DNA of 64,000 nt from the human T2T-CHM13v2.0 reference genome, Homo sapiens. Every line of letters begins with the position of its first letter. Within the stretch, counting starts at the first letter, position 1. The translations under genes were made by a program, and so were the position numbers. The notes under the pieces are model-generated. The model did not search any database, was not told the DNA's origin, and saw only the letters and a list, made by a program, of their open reading frames with translations. The stretch lies in assembly GCF_009914755.1 (NCBI RefSeq), contig NC_060935.1; one strand, given 5' to 3'. This document shows, one piece after another, positions 50,643-64,000 of this stretch.

Positions 50643-53600
50643 ATGGATTCAGACGACCTGCAAGTCTTCCAGAATGAGCTCATTTGCTGCATTTGCGTGA
50701 ACTACTTCATAGATCCGGTCACCATTGACTGTGGGCACAGCTTTTGCAGGCCCTGCCTCTGCCTCTGCTCAGAAGAAGGCAGAGCACCAATGCGCTGCCC
50801 TTCGTGCAGAAAAACCTCAGAGAAGCCCAACTTCAACACCAATCTGGTACTCAAAAAGCTGTCTTCCCTAGCCAGACAGACCAGACCTCAGAACATCAAC
50901 AGCTCAGACAATATCTGTGTGCTCCATGCGGAGACTAAGGAGCTCTTCTGTGAGGCTGACAAGAGATTGCTCTGTGGGCCCTGCTCTGAGTCACCAGAGC
51001 ACATGGCTCACAGCCACAGCCCAATAGGATGGGCTGCTGAGGAATGCAGGGTACGTGATGCCTCTAAGGCAGTTTGAATTATACAGAATCCCAAATAAGA
51101 ATGATGAGGGCCTGTGATAATGATGGTGATGAGAATGCAGATGGTGGAGGTGGTGATTATTCCATGTCAATCATAACACATGAATGTGTCCTTTCAATGT
51201 TGCTGGCTAATTTGGCACTCTAATCATAGCTGTGTTGAGACTTCACTAAAGGAGGTCTCCTTAGAAACATTGTTCAAACGTGTAGAATGGAGCTGTGGAG
51301 CTGGTGGCCAGCACCAAGAACACTTTTCAAAGTCAGGTTATCTGAAAGCCAGTTTCTCAGAATATTGATGATATTATCTGAAGGGTCCCTTAAAACTCTC
51401 TATTATGTTTCTATCACTTTTCACATCCAAATTATTAGAACCAAATGTGTTTAACTTGGAAAAATCTGACCACTTCACTCCAACTTAATTTATGTTTCTT
51501 TCAATTACAGCCTTTTTTTTTAAGATAAGGGTATGAAATCTACTATACTGTCTTCATTATTGCTAAGCTTCTTGCTTCTTTTGCAGGAGAAACTTATAAA
51601 GGAAATGGACTATTTATGGGAAATCAATCAAGAGACAAGAAACAATCTAAATCAGGAAACTAGCACATTTCATTCGTTAAAGGTAAGAATGAAAATGTTT
51701 TCTTTGTTTTTATGCAAATAAACACAATGTTAGCTTATACTTTTTAGCTAAATTCAAACTACCCGTTGCAAGATAGTGATTTCATCCCAAGAAAATGTAG
51801 TGATTTCAATTGATGTAATAGGAGTTGCAAACAGAGAAGCCCACACAAGCTAGCCAAATGAATTCTAGTATATTGGATAAACGGCATGATGTGTATTCTA
51901 GTTCAAATTTGAAGGTTGGTATAAACCTTTTCAGACACTGCAGATGAGACAACATTTCACTAAGTTTGGGTGTGAGGAAGACGAAAGAAATAGGATAGTA
52001 TATAGAGTAAAAATATGGTAAAAGTAAAAAAAAACTGCATAATATGGTGTATGGCTAAATGTTTTTTAGCATGCAGGCAAAGCAGACATGGAAAAATCCT
52101 AAAAGAGAGATTAGTAGAGGAAACAATTGACTCAGTAACAACTGTGAAGAAGCATCACAGTGACAGAAACCAGGAGTCTTTATATAGGTTTGATTTAAAG
52201 AGGGAGAGAGAATAGGAACATTGAAAAAGATGGACAGAAGAAGATAGCAAATATTCAAGACTCCTTGCAAGAGTGAGGCAGAAAGTTTATAAGTTGCTTG
52301 ATTACACCCAGCATATAATTATTTGAAGTTTTCTATTGAGAGTGAGAACATGTAATCCTTTTAACCAAACATCTCTGCAGGACTATGTGTCAGTAAGGAA
52401 GAGGATAATCACTATTCAATATCAAAAGATGCCTATATTTCTCGATGAGGAGGAGCAACGGCATCTGCAGGCACTGGAAAGAGAAGCAGAAGAGCTTTTC
52501 CAACAACTACAAGACAGTCAAGTGAGAATGACCCAACATTTAGAAAGGATGAAAGACATGTACAGAGAGCTGTGGGAGACATGCCACATGCCTGACGTGG
52601 TGCTGCTCCAGGTGAGGAGGGAGGGTCCATCCTCAGAGACAGGAAGCCTTTGCTGGACAGTGCTGCCAGGACATGCAAATATCACCTGCGTATGTCACTG
52701 CTCTAAGCTAAGTGACACATGCTGTCTGACTTCCACCATTACACTTCTCCATTCACGTATTACTGCATACTTTGGTAATCTTTGGGAAATTTTTGCCATT
52801 TTAGCAGATAACATATAACAAAGTTCTCTTCAATATAATTTGGAGTACTATCCACACAGAGAGATCATCTAAAATCGTTAGAACTCTAGGCCAGGGGAAG
52901 GTTAGTAATACTCCATTTATATGCCCCAGTTCCTCCTCTCTCTGATGTCCCACACAGCAGTGATTTGCTGAAGACATTGAGGGGTTTCCCCTTGCCTGGG
53001 CAAGGTTTGTCAAAGCTGCTCATCAATGTCCATGTACTCTGTTTCTCATATGGTTCTCTGTTTTGTTTTAATCGTTGTCATGTGTGGTCAGACCTTTCCT
53101 TGGAAGTAAGATTAGGAAATTAATGACACTGGAAACCTAGATATCTTTGCTTTACTCCACTGTCTCTTGCTGAGCTCCTTTCTTCTTAATGCCCACTGAT
53201 GAAGCTTTTTATTGTTTAGTTGAGGTTCTATTATTAATGTAGTCTTGAATGATTCCTTAGCAGGAAATAAAAAGATATACATTATTAAAACAGAAAGAAA
53301 CAAGAGTATGAGAAAAGATGCAGAAGGAAAAATCTCTCATAATTAACATTATCTTTCATTTTTTTGCAGGATGTGAGAAATGTATCAGCAAGGTGAGTTT
53401 ACACTAAAAAAATGCTATTTCTGAAAAGTTTGTTCTCTTGCGAATGAAGGGGATGTATCATTTTGAGTACTAACATCGTTGTCGGTGGCTATTTCCAATT
53501 TTGTTTCAAAAGAGGGCCTGAGGTCTTCTTCTCTTTGGTCTGGAAAGTTTTCATCTTAAAATTTGTATGAATTAAAACATACATAAAAACAATTTGCCAT

Positions 53601-56040
53601 TCGGAAGTTTGTTCTTCCCAGTCCATCCGTCCTGACCAACCATACCCCACAGATCTTAATGCAAAATTACTCTGAGGAATCACAGAGGCATCTTCTACTC
53701 TAGAGGGGTGGGAGGTTAAAAAAAAAAAAAAAAAAAAAGACAGAGGGAGGAGAGAGATTCCCTAAGGATGGGCTGAGGAGGGATGTTTTGCTCCTAAAAG
53801 CATCAATGACCCGGGCCTGCTCCATCACCATACACCCAGTTCTAGGAAAGACCTCAGGGAAATGGTTGCCTCGGGCCCCTCAGCAGCAGGGTTCTCAGGC
53901 TGGAATTAGACTCCTTTGTTTTGCACAAAAGATTAAAGCCTTTTGCCTCAGTGAACATTCTCTGTTAGACACTGACTAGCATTAGTGACAACTGCAGGCT
54001 GAGGTCCCAAAGGTTTTTGTCTGAGTTTTCTGCTCTCTGAAATATTTCCAGGATTTCTGCATACCCTCAAGGGGTGTGATGGGCAGAGGGAGGCAATGAC
54101 TTTTAATGACTTTAGAAGTTGTATAATGTCTGAGAATAACGTATCTGGGGAAATTGGGTTTTTATGGAAGCAAAGTTTAGAAAAAGTAACATCCTTATTG
54201 CCCCTAGAGTGTGGAATAAAATGTACACCCAGTTAACCAAAACTGGCAGAATTGTGAGGAAACATCTTATATGAAAATGTGATATCTTTGTATGACTGTG
54301 TGATTAGCTCTGGGCCTGGAAATATAACTGAGGCCATTTTTTTTGCAGGACTGATTTGGCACAGATGCAAAAGCCCCAGCCAGTGAACCCAGAGCTCACT
54401 TCATGGTGCATAACTGGAGTCCTAGACATGCTCAACAACTTCAGAGGTAAGAGCCAGCTGCTTGGCATTCCAGCCTCAAATTATTTCCTTATTGGGTCCC
54501 TTGGTTGAGGATTTTCCCATTTAAGTTTTATTAGTTTTGACATGTAGGTAATACATAGTTTTCCGAAACATGTGCATCTTCCCTACCTGCATAGTAATAT
54601 TACAATGATCAAAACTCAATTTCCTGACTTACAGTTTGACGAAAATGTAAAGCAAGATACATACTTTATCTGCAGAATAAGAGGACAAAATATTCAGATC
54701 ATGTAGTTATGAAGACTCTAGTTCTCATGGCGGCATCAGTATTTCATGTTTATTCAATTTAATTCAATTTTGAAGGCTTAGATTTGGCATAATGGTTTTT
54801 AATTGTTTCTATTCTATGTGCATTTACATGCATTCTACAAGTAACCTTTATTATTTACAAAATCAGAACATTTTGATCAACAAAGAAAATGACTAAAATA
54901 TCCATAATCAGGACAATTCTAATGCCATCAGATACATCTAGTAACAAGTGAAAGGTGAGGGATCTGTGAACACGGCTTAACCATGTTAGGCCCATTCTAG
55001 AGAGCAGGTCTGGGTAGCAGAGGGCAGGAACCCAGAGTAGATTGAATCAGGAGCTAAACAGATAATGTAAAGCCAGAATATTCTTTTCAGAAACTTATAA
55101 ATTTTACATGTGTTAATTTCTACCAAATTTTTGATGTTTGAGACTATAACAGGCATAACTTACATTCCAATAAATACTCACATCACAGCAAATTGATGTC
55201 TACCTGTTGATGATCTTAAAAACAAATAATACAAGGAGAGTTTTCTATTGAAGAAAAAAAAACATTTTGCATATGCCCTGAAACCAACTATGCAGATGTA
55301 GACATTAAATCATTATTTCCCCTGTGGTATGGTCACGTTTTTTCTCTATTACTTAAGGAATAATACATAATTGTATGTGCTGTAGAGGTGTAATAACATT
55401 TCATCTTCATGGATGCATGGGGCTGACCCCTCTTGGCTTCCTTTTTTCTGTATTTTCTTGGAAGAAGAGCAAATGAAGTGAATAATTGGGCCACAGAGCC
55501 TCTGTCCCTCATAACACTCACTAATATAATATTTTTTTCTTGTCAGTGGATAGTGCTCTGAGCACGGAAATGATTCCTTGCTATATAAGCCTTTCTGAGG
55601 ATGTGAGATATGTGATATTTGGAGATGACCATCTCAGTGCTCCCACGGATCCCCAGGGAGTGGACAGCTTTGCTGTGTGGGGAGCGCAAGCATTCACCTC
55701 CGGCAAGCATTACTGGGAGGTGGATGTGACCCTCTCCTCCAACTGGATTCTGGGAGTCTGTCGAGATTCCAGGACTGCAGATGCCAATTTCGTTATTGAT
55801 TCTGATGAAAGATTTTTTTTAATTTCCTCAAAGAGGAGCAATCACTATAGTCTCTCCACCAACTCTCCACCTTTAATTCAGTATGTGCAAAGGCCTCTGG
55901 GTCGAGTTGGGGTGTTTCTGGATTATGATAATGGATCTGTGAGTTTTTTTGATGTTTCTAAAGGTTCTCTTATCTATGGTTTTCCTCCTTCCTCCTTCTC
56001 TTCCCCTCTGAGGCCTTTCTTTTGCTTTGGTTGTACATGA
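50643..56040 (+). CDS. TRIM64B: Tripartite motif protein 64 (TRIM64B-like residues), 449 aa RING-B-box2-coiled coil-SPRY
   Basis: Six GT-AG coding exons: 50643-51050 (408), 51587-51682 (96), 52381-52611 (231), 53370-53392 (23), 54349-54446 (98), 55547-56040 (494) = 1350 nt, in frame; MDSDDLQVFQNELICCICVNYF...PLRPFFCFGCT. TRIM64 vs TRIM64B assignment rests on recalled residues and is less certain than the family call. Confidence 0.9.
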
Positions 56041-56201
56041 AAAGTTGGTTTCACGATGATTTATTGTGACCTCCCACATATGAGGCAAATACTGTCCTAA
56101 GACACTATGTGCGAGAGCCTGTGAGCTCATTGTAACTTCATGGAATGTAATTACTATGTGGTTATGAATGGGATAACCACCTTGAATGTGTACTTTTGTT
56201 A

Positions 56202-56207
56202 ATTAAA
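56202..56207 (+). terminator. Probable TRIM64 polyadenylation signal
   Basis: ATTAAA about 160 nt after the stop, a position similar to TRIM49D. Confidence 0.45.
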
Positions 56208-58914
56208 TTATTTTAATTAATAAGTTATTGTGGAATCTTTACTAGAACATCAATAATGGTTTTTTTGTACTAGTTTTGTTGAGATTCATTCATTTACTGT
56301 AAAAGTCATGTTCTAATGTATTTAATTCAGATATTGTTAGTATATCACACTTGAGCAGCCATCAGAGCTCTCTACTACCTGTGAACTTTTATCACTTCCA
56401 GAAGAATCCCAATACACATTAACATTAATTCTCCTTTTACCCTCCCCCATTCCTTGACAGCACTTAATCTACTTTTTATGTTTTTGCATTCAGGTAAATA
56501 AAATCATACAATGTAAGTTCTTTTTTTAATCTGATTTCTTTTTCAGAGAGTATGTTTTCAGTTTGTACACACTGTAAACCATTTGTCTTAGTCGTATATT
56601 TCAACCAGGCTGGGGTAGAATAATGAAGTGGTGGATATCTCATCTTACAAAGAATAAAAAGAGTGCTTTTTTTCTTTTTAAGTCTGAGCAAGTTAGGTTG
56701 ACCTCACAGACTTTATTATGTCTCAACAACCTAGTTATTAATCACATTTCAGCTCATACAACAGTTTTTCAGTGCTGGGTTGCTCTGCTATTACATCTTC
56801 TCTGAATATATTATATCAGGTTATAATATTAAGAAAACTCTTATACTTATTACTACCAGATTGAAAAGTCCAAGGGGGCAATGGCAGTATTTGTCTTCTT
56901 TGCTAATATATTACAATTATTCAATGCAATTTTTAGAATAGATTACACAGTAAATAAGATGAGTAAATGGATAAGTAGAGGAGTTAACATGTATAAATAC
57001 TATTCTAACATTAAGAAACTTTTCCAAAATATAAGTAACAAAATAGGACAGAACATACTAATGAATATCTATCAAAAGATAAGAAATAAATTGATTTTCA
57101 GATTCATATCAAAGATAACACTATTATGTTGGGGTTTAAAATAATTGTAGCATAATTTTTACAGGGTTGATTTCAATTGTCTTAGGTTTTTTCATATAAA
57201 CTATGGAAAGAGGAAGGTTCCTATATAAGATGATGGGCAACAGGAACAGGACTTAGAATAATGGAGGCTGTCCTTATTTAAACTGACATATAATTACTTG
57301 CTAAGCATAAAGTGGTATAAACCTTCTTATGCAGTAGAAAGAACAAACTTTGGTTACATTTCAAATAAGAATCCAGATGATAGAGAATGGAAAATTCTAT
57401 AATAGAATGTAATAGCTACATCTCCTAGCGCACCGGCTTATGTGCTCTAACAAAGACCACGAATTTGAAATGATTCAGAAGGTGCATTTCTCTCACATGT
57501 TTGTACCAACATAGGAGTTGGTCAAGAAGAAGACTGACATCTTCAGCAAGTGAATTTTATCTCTGTGTGCAGGAAACTCCCATTTATTGCCATGTCCCAT
57601 GCAGCAGGAAAGCCGGAAGAAAAGTAGGAGGGACAAGAGTATTTGGCTTTAAGGAAAGCACCTGGTGTTCCTCACAATGCTTTTGTTCCCGTCCTATAGC
57701 TACAAAATTAGGCAGATGGGACACCAAGTTGTAATGTATCTGGGAATGCTGTTTACACTCTAAACCATATTTATTCTTATCATTTGATTCAGAAAACAAA
57801 TTAAATGACTGGCACAACTGAAAATAACCCAAGAGATTTGTTCAATGAAACAAAGCTGAACCTCAACCAAATAGATAAGCTGCTGCCTAAGGTTAGCACC
57901 AGTTCTTAGTTATTCAAGAGTGAGTAAACCCTGCTTTTTACCACTGTCGGGGTGTCCAGTGTTGTCCTTTTTAGAGCCTGGCTAGCTGAGGGTTATGTGG
58001 CAAGAAACATCTTATTTGTATTTTAGTCCCTTAAATGAATGATTTGGATAGGAATGATTCTCCAAATTTTGAAAATACTTATCAGAAATATTCTCTTATT
58101 CCTTCACTCTATACCATGTAGACTATAATAAACTGTCTCTCTTCTGCCTCCACATATTTCATGCAGAACATTAGGGGTTAGCAGAGAGAAAGCTTATCCC
58201 CAGCTTCTTTTGGACTCGCTGCTTTTTTCCAAGTGATCTGAGATGATAAAATTACTCACCTTAGGGCTCCAACCCAGCACTCCTTTTGGATTTTCACCTA
58301 TGTTTTGTGAGCTTTTCTGTTGATGCTAAAACTCTATGCAACAGTCAAAGCCTCATAATTTAATTACATTATTTGTTGCTAGATTTCGAGGAAAAATTAT
58401 TCCTGACATTCTTCTAATTTAGCTCAGATTCACTTTGGCAGAAAGACAGAATTAGCTACTTTACGATCACTTAGTATTTGACTCTGATTTTGGAAGATGA
58501 AACAGTTTTTGTGTCTATTTACCATATTTTCTTAGCCATTTAACCAAGATAATCTTATTGTATTGATTCTCCTAGAGATACTTACTTTATTTATTCTCTT
58601 CACCTGTCAGAATTTATGTTAGAATATCACCAAGAATTACTTACAATTGAAATAAATCAAAGAGAGACCACTAAGAACATCGTCAATCATTAATACATAA
58701 ATCTTGAACTTCCTGAGATTTTTATCCCTAAAGGAAGTTATTTATCAATAGCCTGGTTACAGTTTCTTTAATACAAGAATTTTCACTCTTCTATAATACA
58801 AAAAGTAAAAATTGATAAAGAGGATAACTTGGAAAAAAATTAATCTAACAAAACGGAGACACATTCTTGACTAGCACTTTATTTCTGTACTAAATTTAGG
58901 AGACATGTAAATGG

Positions 58915-59320
58915 TAGGTTTCCTAAGTGAAATAAGACAGACACACAGAGAAAAATACTTCATGGTCCCACTCATATTTGAAATCTATTTTTATAAGTTT
59001 AATACATTAAAAAAGGTGGTTACATTGGTGGGAAGAAAATAGGTAAATGAAGGGCAAAAGTTGTAAAGGTGCAGTAATGTAGAATAAATGAATCTGATGT
59101 ACAACCTGTAGGTATAATAGATAATCTTGTATTGTTTTTGGGAAATATTCTGAGGGACTAGATTTTTGATGTTCTTATCATAAAAAAGAAGCAGAGCTAA
59201 GTGATATGATCGATTTGTTAATGTTCTTCATTATAGTAATCATTTCCTTATGCACATGTATCTCAAAACAACATATTGTGCACCTTGAAAATATAAAATA
59301 AAACAAATTAAAAAATAAAG
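58915..59320 (+). mobile_element. L1M 3' end
   Basis: CTAAGTGAAATAAGACAGACACA...TAGATTTT...TCTCAAAACAACATATTGTGCACCTT and A-rich tail. Confidence 0.8.
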
Positions 59321-59456
59321 GTAATTTTGTTCCTGCATGTAAGCTGAAAATAAGTGAAGACTGGGTCAGTAATAACATTGCTTTGCTGGATTAAGAGAAT
59401 TCTAATAACATATTTTTAATTGGGAAGGTATCTGTATTAAATAAAATTGATCTAAA

Positions 59457-59745
59457 GCTGGTTACAGTGGCCATACTTATAATCCCAGTGCTTTGGCAAG
59501 CCAAGGCAGAAAAATACTGGAGGCCAGGAGTTTGGGATCAGCCTGGGCAATATAGTAAGACCTTATCTCTACCAAAAAATAAACAGAAAATTAGCCTTGA
59601 GTGGTGGTGTGCACCTGTTGTCCCAGCTTCTCAGGGGCTGAGTTGGGAGGATTGCTTGAGTCCAGGACTATAAAACTGCAGTGAGTTCTGATTGTGCCAT
59701 TGCACTCCAGCATGGGTGACAGAGTGAGAACTTGTCTCAAAAACA
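59457..59745 (+). mobile_element. AluJ
   Basis: Diverged sense Alu. Confidence 0.88.
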
Positions 59746-60311
59746 GCAACTAATTATTTTTTGTAGCCATTTTACCTGAAAGGTATAATTCTTTCTTCTA
59801 CAATTAATGAATCTGCGTATGTCTAGGCCAGCTAGATCAGGTAGAGCTTGTCCTCTAGTGCTTATATCTATAAAACAAGTAAGACAATTATAAGGAGGCT
59901 CTAAGCAAAACAATTTTTTCTCATTCTGGACTTTGAGGTCTTAATTCTTTAGACTAATTTTCTGTCTCAATAGTGGATATCACCCTGAAACTTAATTTGT
60001 CCAAGCACCTCACATAACCTGAGATTTTACAAAACATACAGTTCATAGGATCAGTACGTTCTTAAGCCTTAAAAGTCTCCAGGCATTCAAGGATACCACT
60101 ATGTGGAAACTCAGGCCTTCTACTGCATTATTGAAGGAGCACATTTGAGACTCACAGCTCTGGTTCCAGGAGTCTGTTAACAGGTCTGGACAATGAGTAA
60201 TGTCAGTCCAGATAATTCTGAGGAAGGCTTTCTGCCTTGTTATGAGGAGGATAATCAGTGGAGACTCTAGACAAGTTCCCAGTCATCATTCCAGCATTTA
60301 GTTGCTGTTTT

Positions 60312-60425
60312 TGTAATCCCAGCATTTTGGGAGGCCGAGGCAGGTGGCTCACTTGAGGTCAAGAGTTCAAGACTGGCCTGTTCAACATGGTAAAACTTTG
60401 TCTTTACTTAAAAATACACAATTAG
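60312..60425 (+). mobile_element. Alu left-arm fragment
   Basis: TGTAATCCCAGCATTTTGGGAGGCCGAGGCAGG...ACTAAAAATACA. Confidence 0.85.
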
Positions 60426-60939
60426 CAGGGGGCGGGGGGTGGGGAATATGCATTAGAAGGGAAGGAGAACATACTTAACATGCCATTGGAAGGTGAAATT
60501 CCTAATACTTGAGAATATTTTTGAGAACTATGTTTAATTCTCACTATAGAAAGATGTACCCTTTGAATGACATTAAAAATTCGCTAGAAGAGTGAAGAAT
60601 AATAGTTAAAATGTCACATAAGTAATAAGAGTCTCAAAACATAAAGTGTTCTAAAAGGTTAAAGTACGTATTTGAGATAGAGAGAATAAATAATAGTTAA
60701 TTACTTAGACTTTATTATGTGAAAAGACTTTCCTAAAATTCTTCCCTAATAATTGAAGATATAAATTACAATAATTAAAATACACAAAAAATAAAAGTAT
60801 TAAAATAGTGACAAATTTTTAAAAGGGTAAACTTGAAAATTATTTAATTTTTAATCTCAAAAATCTGAAAGTGATTTTATCAATGTCCTAAAAAATTGAA
60901 ATAAAAACAAACTTAATAATGTAAAAGAAGGGAGGTTTC

Positions 60940-62828
60940 CACCGGGCTGGGGGCGGGAGCTAGGGCTTCCCTGGGGACGCAGAAGCAAGAAGCAGGGACC
61001 TTGGCGCGCACCAGGCTTTCCGGGACAGAGCCTCGGCCTCCCGCCCACGCCTCCGGCCGCCGGCGTGGTGCTGCTGGCTGGGACCCAGCCGCAGGGTGGC
61101 GGGGCGCGCTGCATGACCCCGCCACCGCCGTCCCCACTCCTAGGCACACAGGTCGAGGAGGACCGCGCTGACTACAAAGAGTTCCAGGACTTCTCCAGTC
61201 TGCCCGACACCCGCAGCATCGCCTGGGACGACTCTTTCTACCCTTTCCAGGAGGAGGAGGAGCACGGCGTCGAGGGCGTGGAGAGCGTCCTGGAGGAGGG
61301 CGTCCTGGAGGAGGGCGTCCTGGAGGAGGGCGTCCTGGAGGCGTGGGGCTGCTGCAGACGTTGGTGCGGCGGGGGGTGAGCGTTGAGAAGGCTCAGGAGA
61401 CTGACCACAATGGCCAGAGCGGCCTTAATGTCGCCTGCTACCACGGCTTTGTGGATATACCGTGGTGGCCTTAGCTGAGTGCCCCCACATTGAAGTCAAC
61501 TGGCAGGACAGGGAGGGGAACGCAACCCTAATCATAGCTGCACAGGCAGGAGCTGCCCCTGGCCCCATGGGCACATTTGCCTTAGACGCTGGCTCTCAGC
61601 CTTGCGCTTCCTGCGTCAGCATCACCTGGGCTGGTTCATTTGAGCTTTAACACAGATCTGGTGGAAACACAGGCTGCCAAGCCCTGCCCTGGAGTCTTTC
61701 TTTGAATAGGCCTGGGGTGGGGCCCAAGAATGAGCAGAAGAACAGGTTTCCTGGTGAGGCTGATGCCGCTGGCCCAGGGATCCCACGTTGAGGAAGGAGG
61801 GCTTTGAGGTTTTCATGCCTGATGATGGCCAGGAACCCTTCTCAGTAGGCATTGAAGACCAGCAGAGTCCCAGACCCCAGGAGAGATGTCGTCAGACGGA
61901 CACAGAGGCATCACGGAATTAAAGTGAAAATGAAGAAAGGAGCTGAGCATCTGTTTCATGACTTTCCTGCGCTGTTTTACTAAAGAGGCTGTTCTGGCCC
62001 AGTCAGGGCACGCTATCATCACCAACTGCTTGCTGAACTATGTCCTGGGTCTTGACCTTGAAGGATGGACGCGTTCGGGTTGAAAGCCGCCATGCAGGGT
62101 CGAACCGATCGCATCCGAGCCCTGAGCTAGCAGGGGCGGGTGTCCACGCGAGGGCCCCCGCCGTGGGAGGTCGCCAGAGGAGTGGCCACTTACACGTCCG
62201 TCTCATGCAGAGGCTCCTGGAGCGCCCCTGCCAGGAGCGGCTGGGGAAAAAGTACCAGCTTGAGCTGCCTCCGCTCCACGAGAGGGTGCGGAAGCCCGAG
62301 GGCTCGAAGAACTGCCTGCAGAGGGTCAGGGACTGCGAGCTGTCCACGCTGACGCCGCGCTCCGTGCGTGGCCCGGAGGACCGGGGCGCCCTGGACCACA
62401 TGGTCAGGATGACCACCAGCCTCTAACAGCCCCGCCGTGGCCCTCGCGTGCCAGACCGTGTGCCCCCAGAGCTCCCTGTGCGTGGGGAAGAGGCGGCTGG
62501 CGGTGCAGGAAATCCTGGCGGCTCAGGAAATTCTGGCGGCGCGGCTGGGGGTGGGGAGGCAGGCGCAGGAGGCGGGCGAAGCGGAGAGCGCAGAGCAGCA
62601 CAAGCCGCCCTGCCCAGAGGCCGCGGGCTCCCGGGAGGGCTCCCTAAGAGCCGGCCTCCCACCTGCCCCGCTGCCAGGGTCCTGGGGCTCTGGCGACCCC
62701 GCCCCGCGGAAGGCCAGCCTCCTGCCCCTGCAGCGCCTGCAGCGGAGCAGCTTGCGGCCCGGCGTGGTGGTGCCCCGGGTCCGCCTCAGCAAGGCGCCCG
62801 TGCCCACCTTCCAGCCCCAGAGGCCGGC
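60940..62828 (+). pseudogene. ANKRD33B processed pseudogene (CpG-rich, 3' truncated, extra internal segment)
   Basis: [68 protein letters not shown] and [30 protein letters not shown] match ANKRD33B; ATG changed to GTG, with frameshifts and stops. Confidence 0.92.
61285..61341 (+). repeat. 15-bp GC-rich tandem repeat
   Basis: GCGTCCTGGAGGAGG x3 plus a partial fourth copy. Confidence 0.92.
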
Positions 62829-63200
62829 TGTTCAAATATTTTCCCAAGTTTATATTGGGTTCATTTTCTTTTGTTTATTACATTCATTAATCACATGTAT
62901 TGTATTTTATTGCATATATGTTGGGATAAATATGTTTCTCCACTCTTGGTTTGCATTTTAATTCTTGGATGGTGTATTTTGAAACACAGAAGTCATCATT
63001 TTTGATACAAACTAACTAAATTTTTCTTCTTAATTGTTACTTTTTTGTCCTGGTTAGGAAATCTTTCTGTGTGAGAATATTTTATTGTGTTCCCTTCACC
63101 TTCAGAACATGAATCCATGTGGAAATGCACTGTGTATGGTTTGAGGTAGGGGTCAGTATTCAGTTATGTCCATTTGAATATTTAATTGATCCAGCATTGT
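62829..63200 (-). mobile_element. Old L1M fragment
   Basis: CAAATATTTTCCC...GGTTAGGAAATCTTT...GTATGGTTTGAGGTAGGGGTC...ATCCAGCA typical of antisense L1 ORF2. Confidence 0.6.
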
Positions 63201-64000
63201 CCTGATCCCCTTGTAAATTTCACTGTAGAACAGCACTCTAATAATGCATGAGCATTTTGTATGTAAGATGAGATTTACAAAGATAAGCACAGCATAGGAG
63301 GTCAAATAAGATTACCTCAAAGTATAGGTTCATAAATAAAACACATGGATAAGTATAATATTGTTAGATGAAGAGAAAGAAAATATTTCCAGGTTACCAT
63401 TGAGTCTTTTTACTCCAAGTTTTTTCATGAAGCCCAAGATCTCTACTTTCTTCCATTGATTTTAACTTCATTTAGACAACTCTGTCATCTATTATTTCAC
63501 TTTGTGACATTCAGAAATAATTAAAAACCAGAGAATATATTCTATGCCATACATCATGGGTAATGATTTTCCAAAAATGATTTAAAAAGGAACCAATACA
63601 CATGGTTTTAGTGTTTTCACCATATTTAATAGAAACACTATAAATGAGTTTTGATGACATTAGAATGCAACTAAAGACATTAAATGTAACTTATTTGTCC
63701 CGTTTGATGAGGTGCGAAAAAGAGGGCTTTCTGGGATAAACAGGTTCCCAGAGCATATAGACACATTTCTGACTTTTCTCTGGTCAGAAGTGACTACAGC
63801 AAAAGATAGGCCTGAGAGGAGGTGAGAAGGAGCAATTAGGGATGGTGTATATCAGGGAACTTTGATCAACACCAACAAAGCTCATGGTTCTACCTTCACA
63901 ATCCAGGAATAATCCTACTGTGCTGGTAGGTCTTGGAACATATTGCACCACAAGTGGGGAGGTGGTAAAGAGACTGCAGTGAGTGTCCTCCTTAACACAT

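Noticed and set aside
62003-63005. Long GC-rich overlapping ORFs (174-185 aa)
   Set aside because: Fragments or alternative frames of the ANKRD33B pseudogene running into L1; stop-poor because of GC content.

Overview
Primate (very likely human) genomic DNA from the TRIM49/TRIM64 segmental-duplication cluster. The locus is recognised from recalled protein sequences; the 11q14.3 location is recalled, not verified. The window opens at the centre of a large palindrome: 1-2570 is the reverse complement of 5796-8365 across a 3225-bp spacer, placing two TRIM49D promoters head-to-head. It holds two intact RING/B-box/coiled-coil/SPRY genes on + (TRIM49D-type, 452 aa; TRIM64/TRIM64B-type, 449 aa) with a shared DUX4-motif/GGGTGTGG/TATA promoter cassette. 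Between and after them lie an AT-rich VNTR, an old ND1 NUMT, a SATR1/SATR2-like satellite with hairpin monomers, higher-order repeats and a recent inverted templated insertion. There are also two tandem CDON retrocopies with complementary deletions inside an L1, a fused two-gene TRIM remnant on -, an ANKRD33B retrocopy with an extra 457-bp segment, and many Alu/L1/MER/LTR elements. Inverted, template-switch-like structures recur from about 30 bp to over 2.5 kb. No CRISPR, rRNA or tRNA was found.
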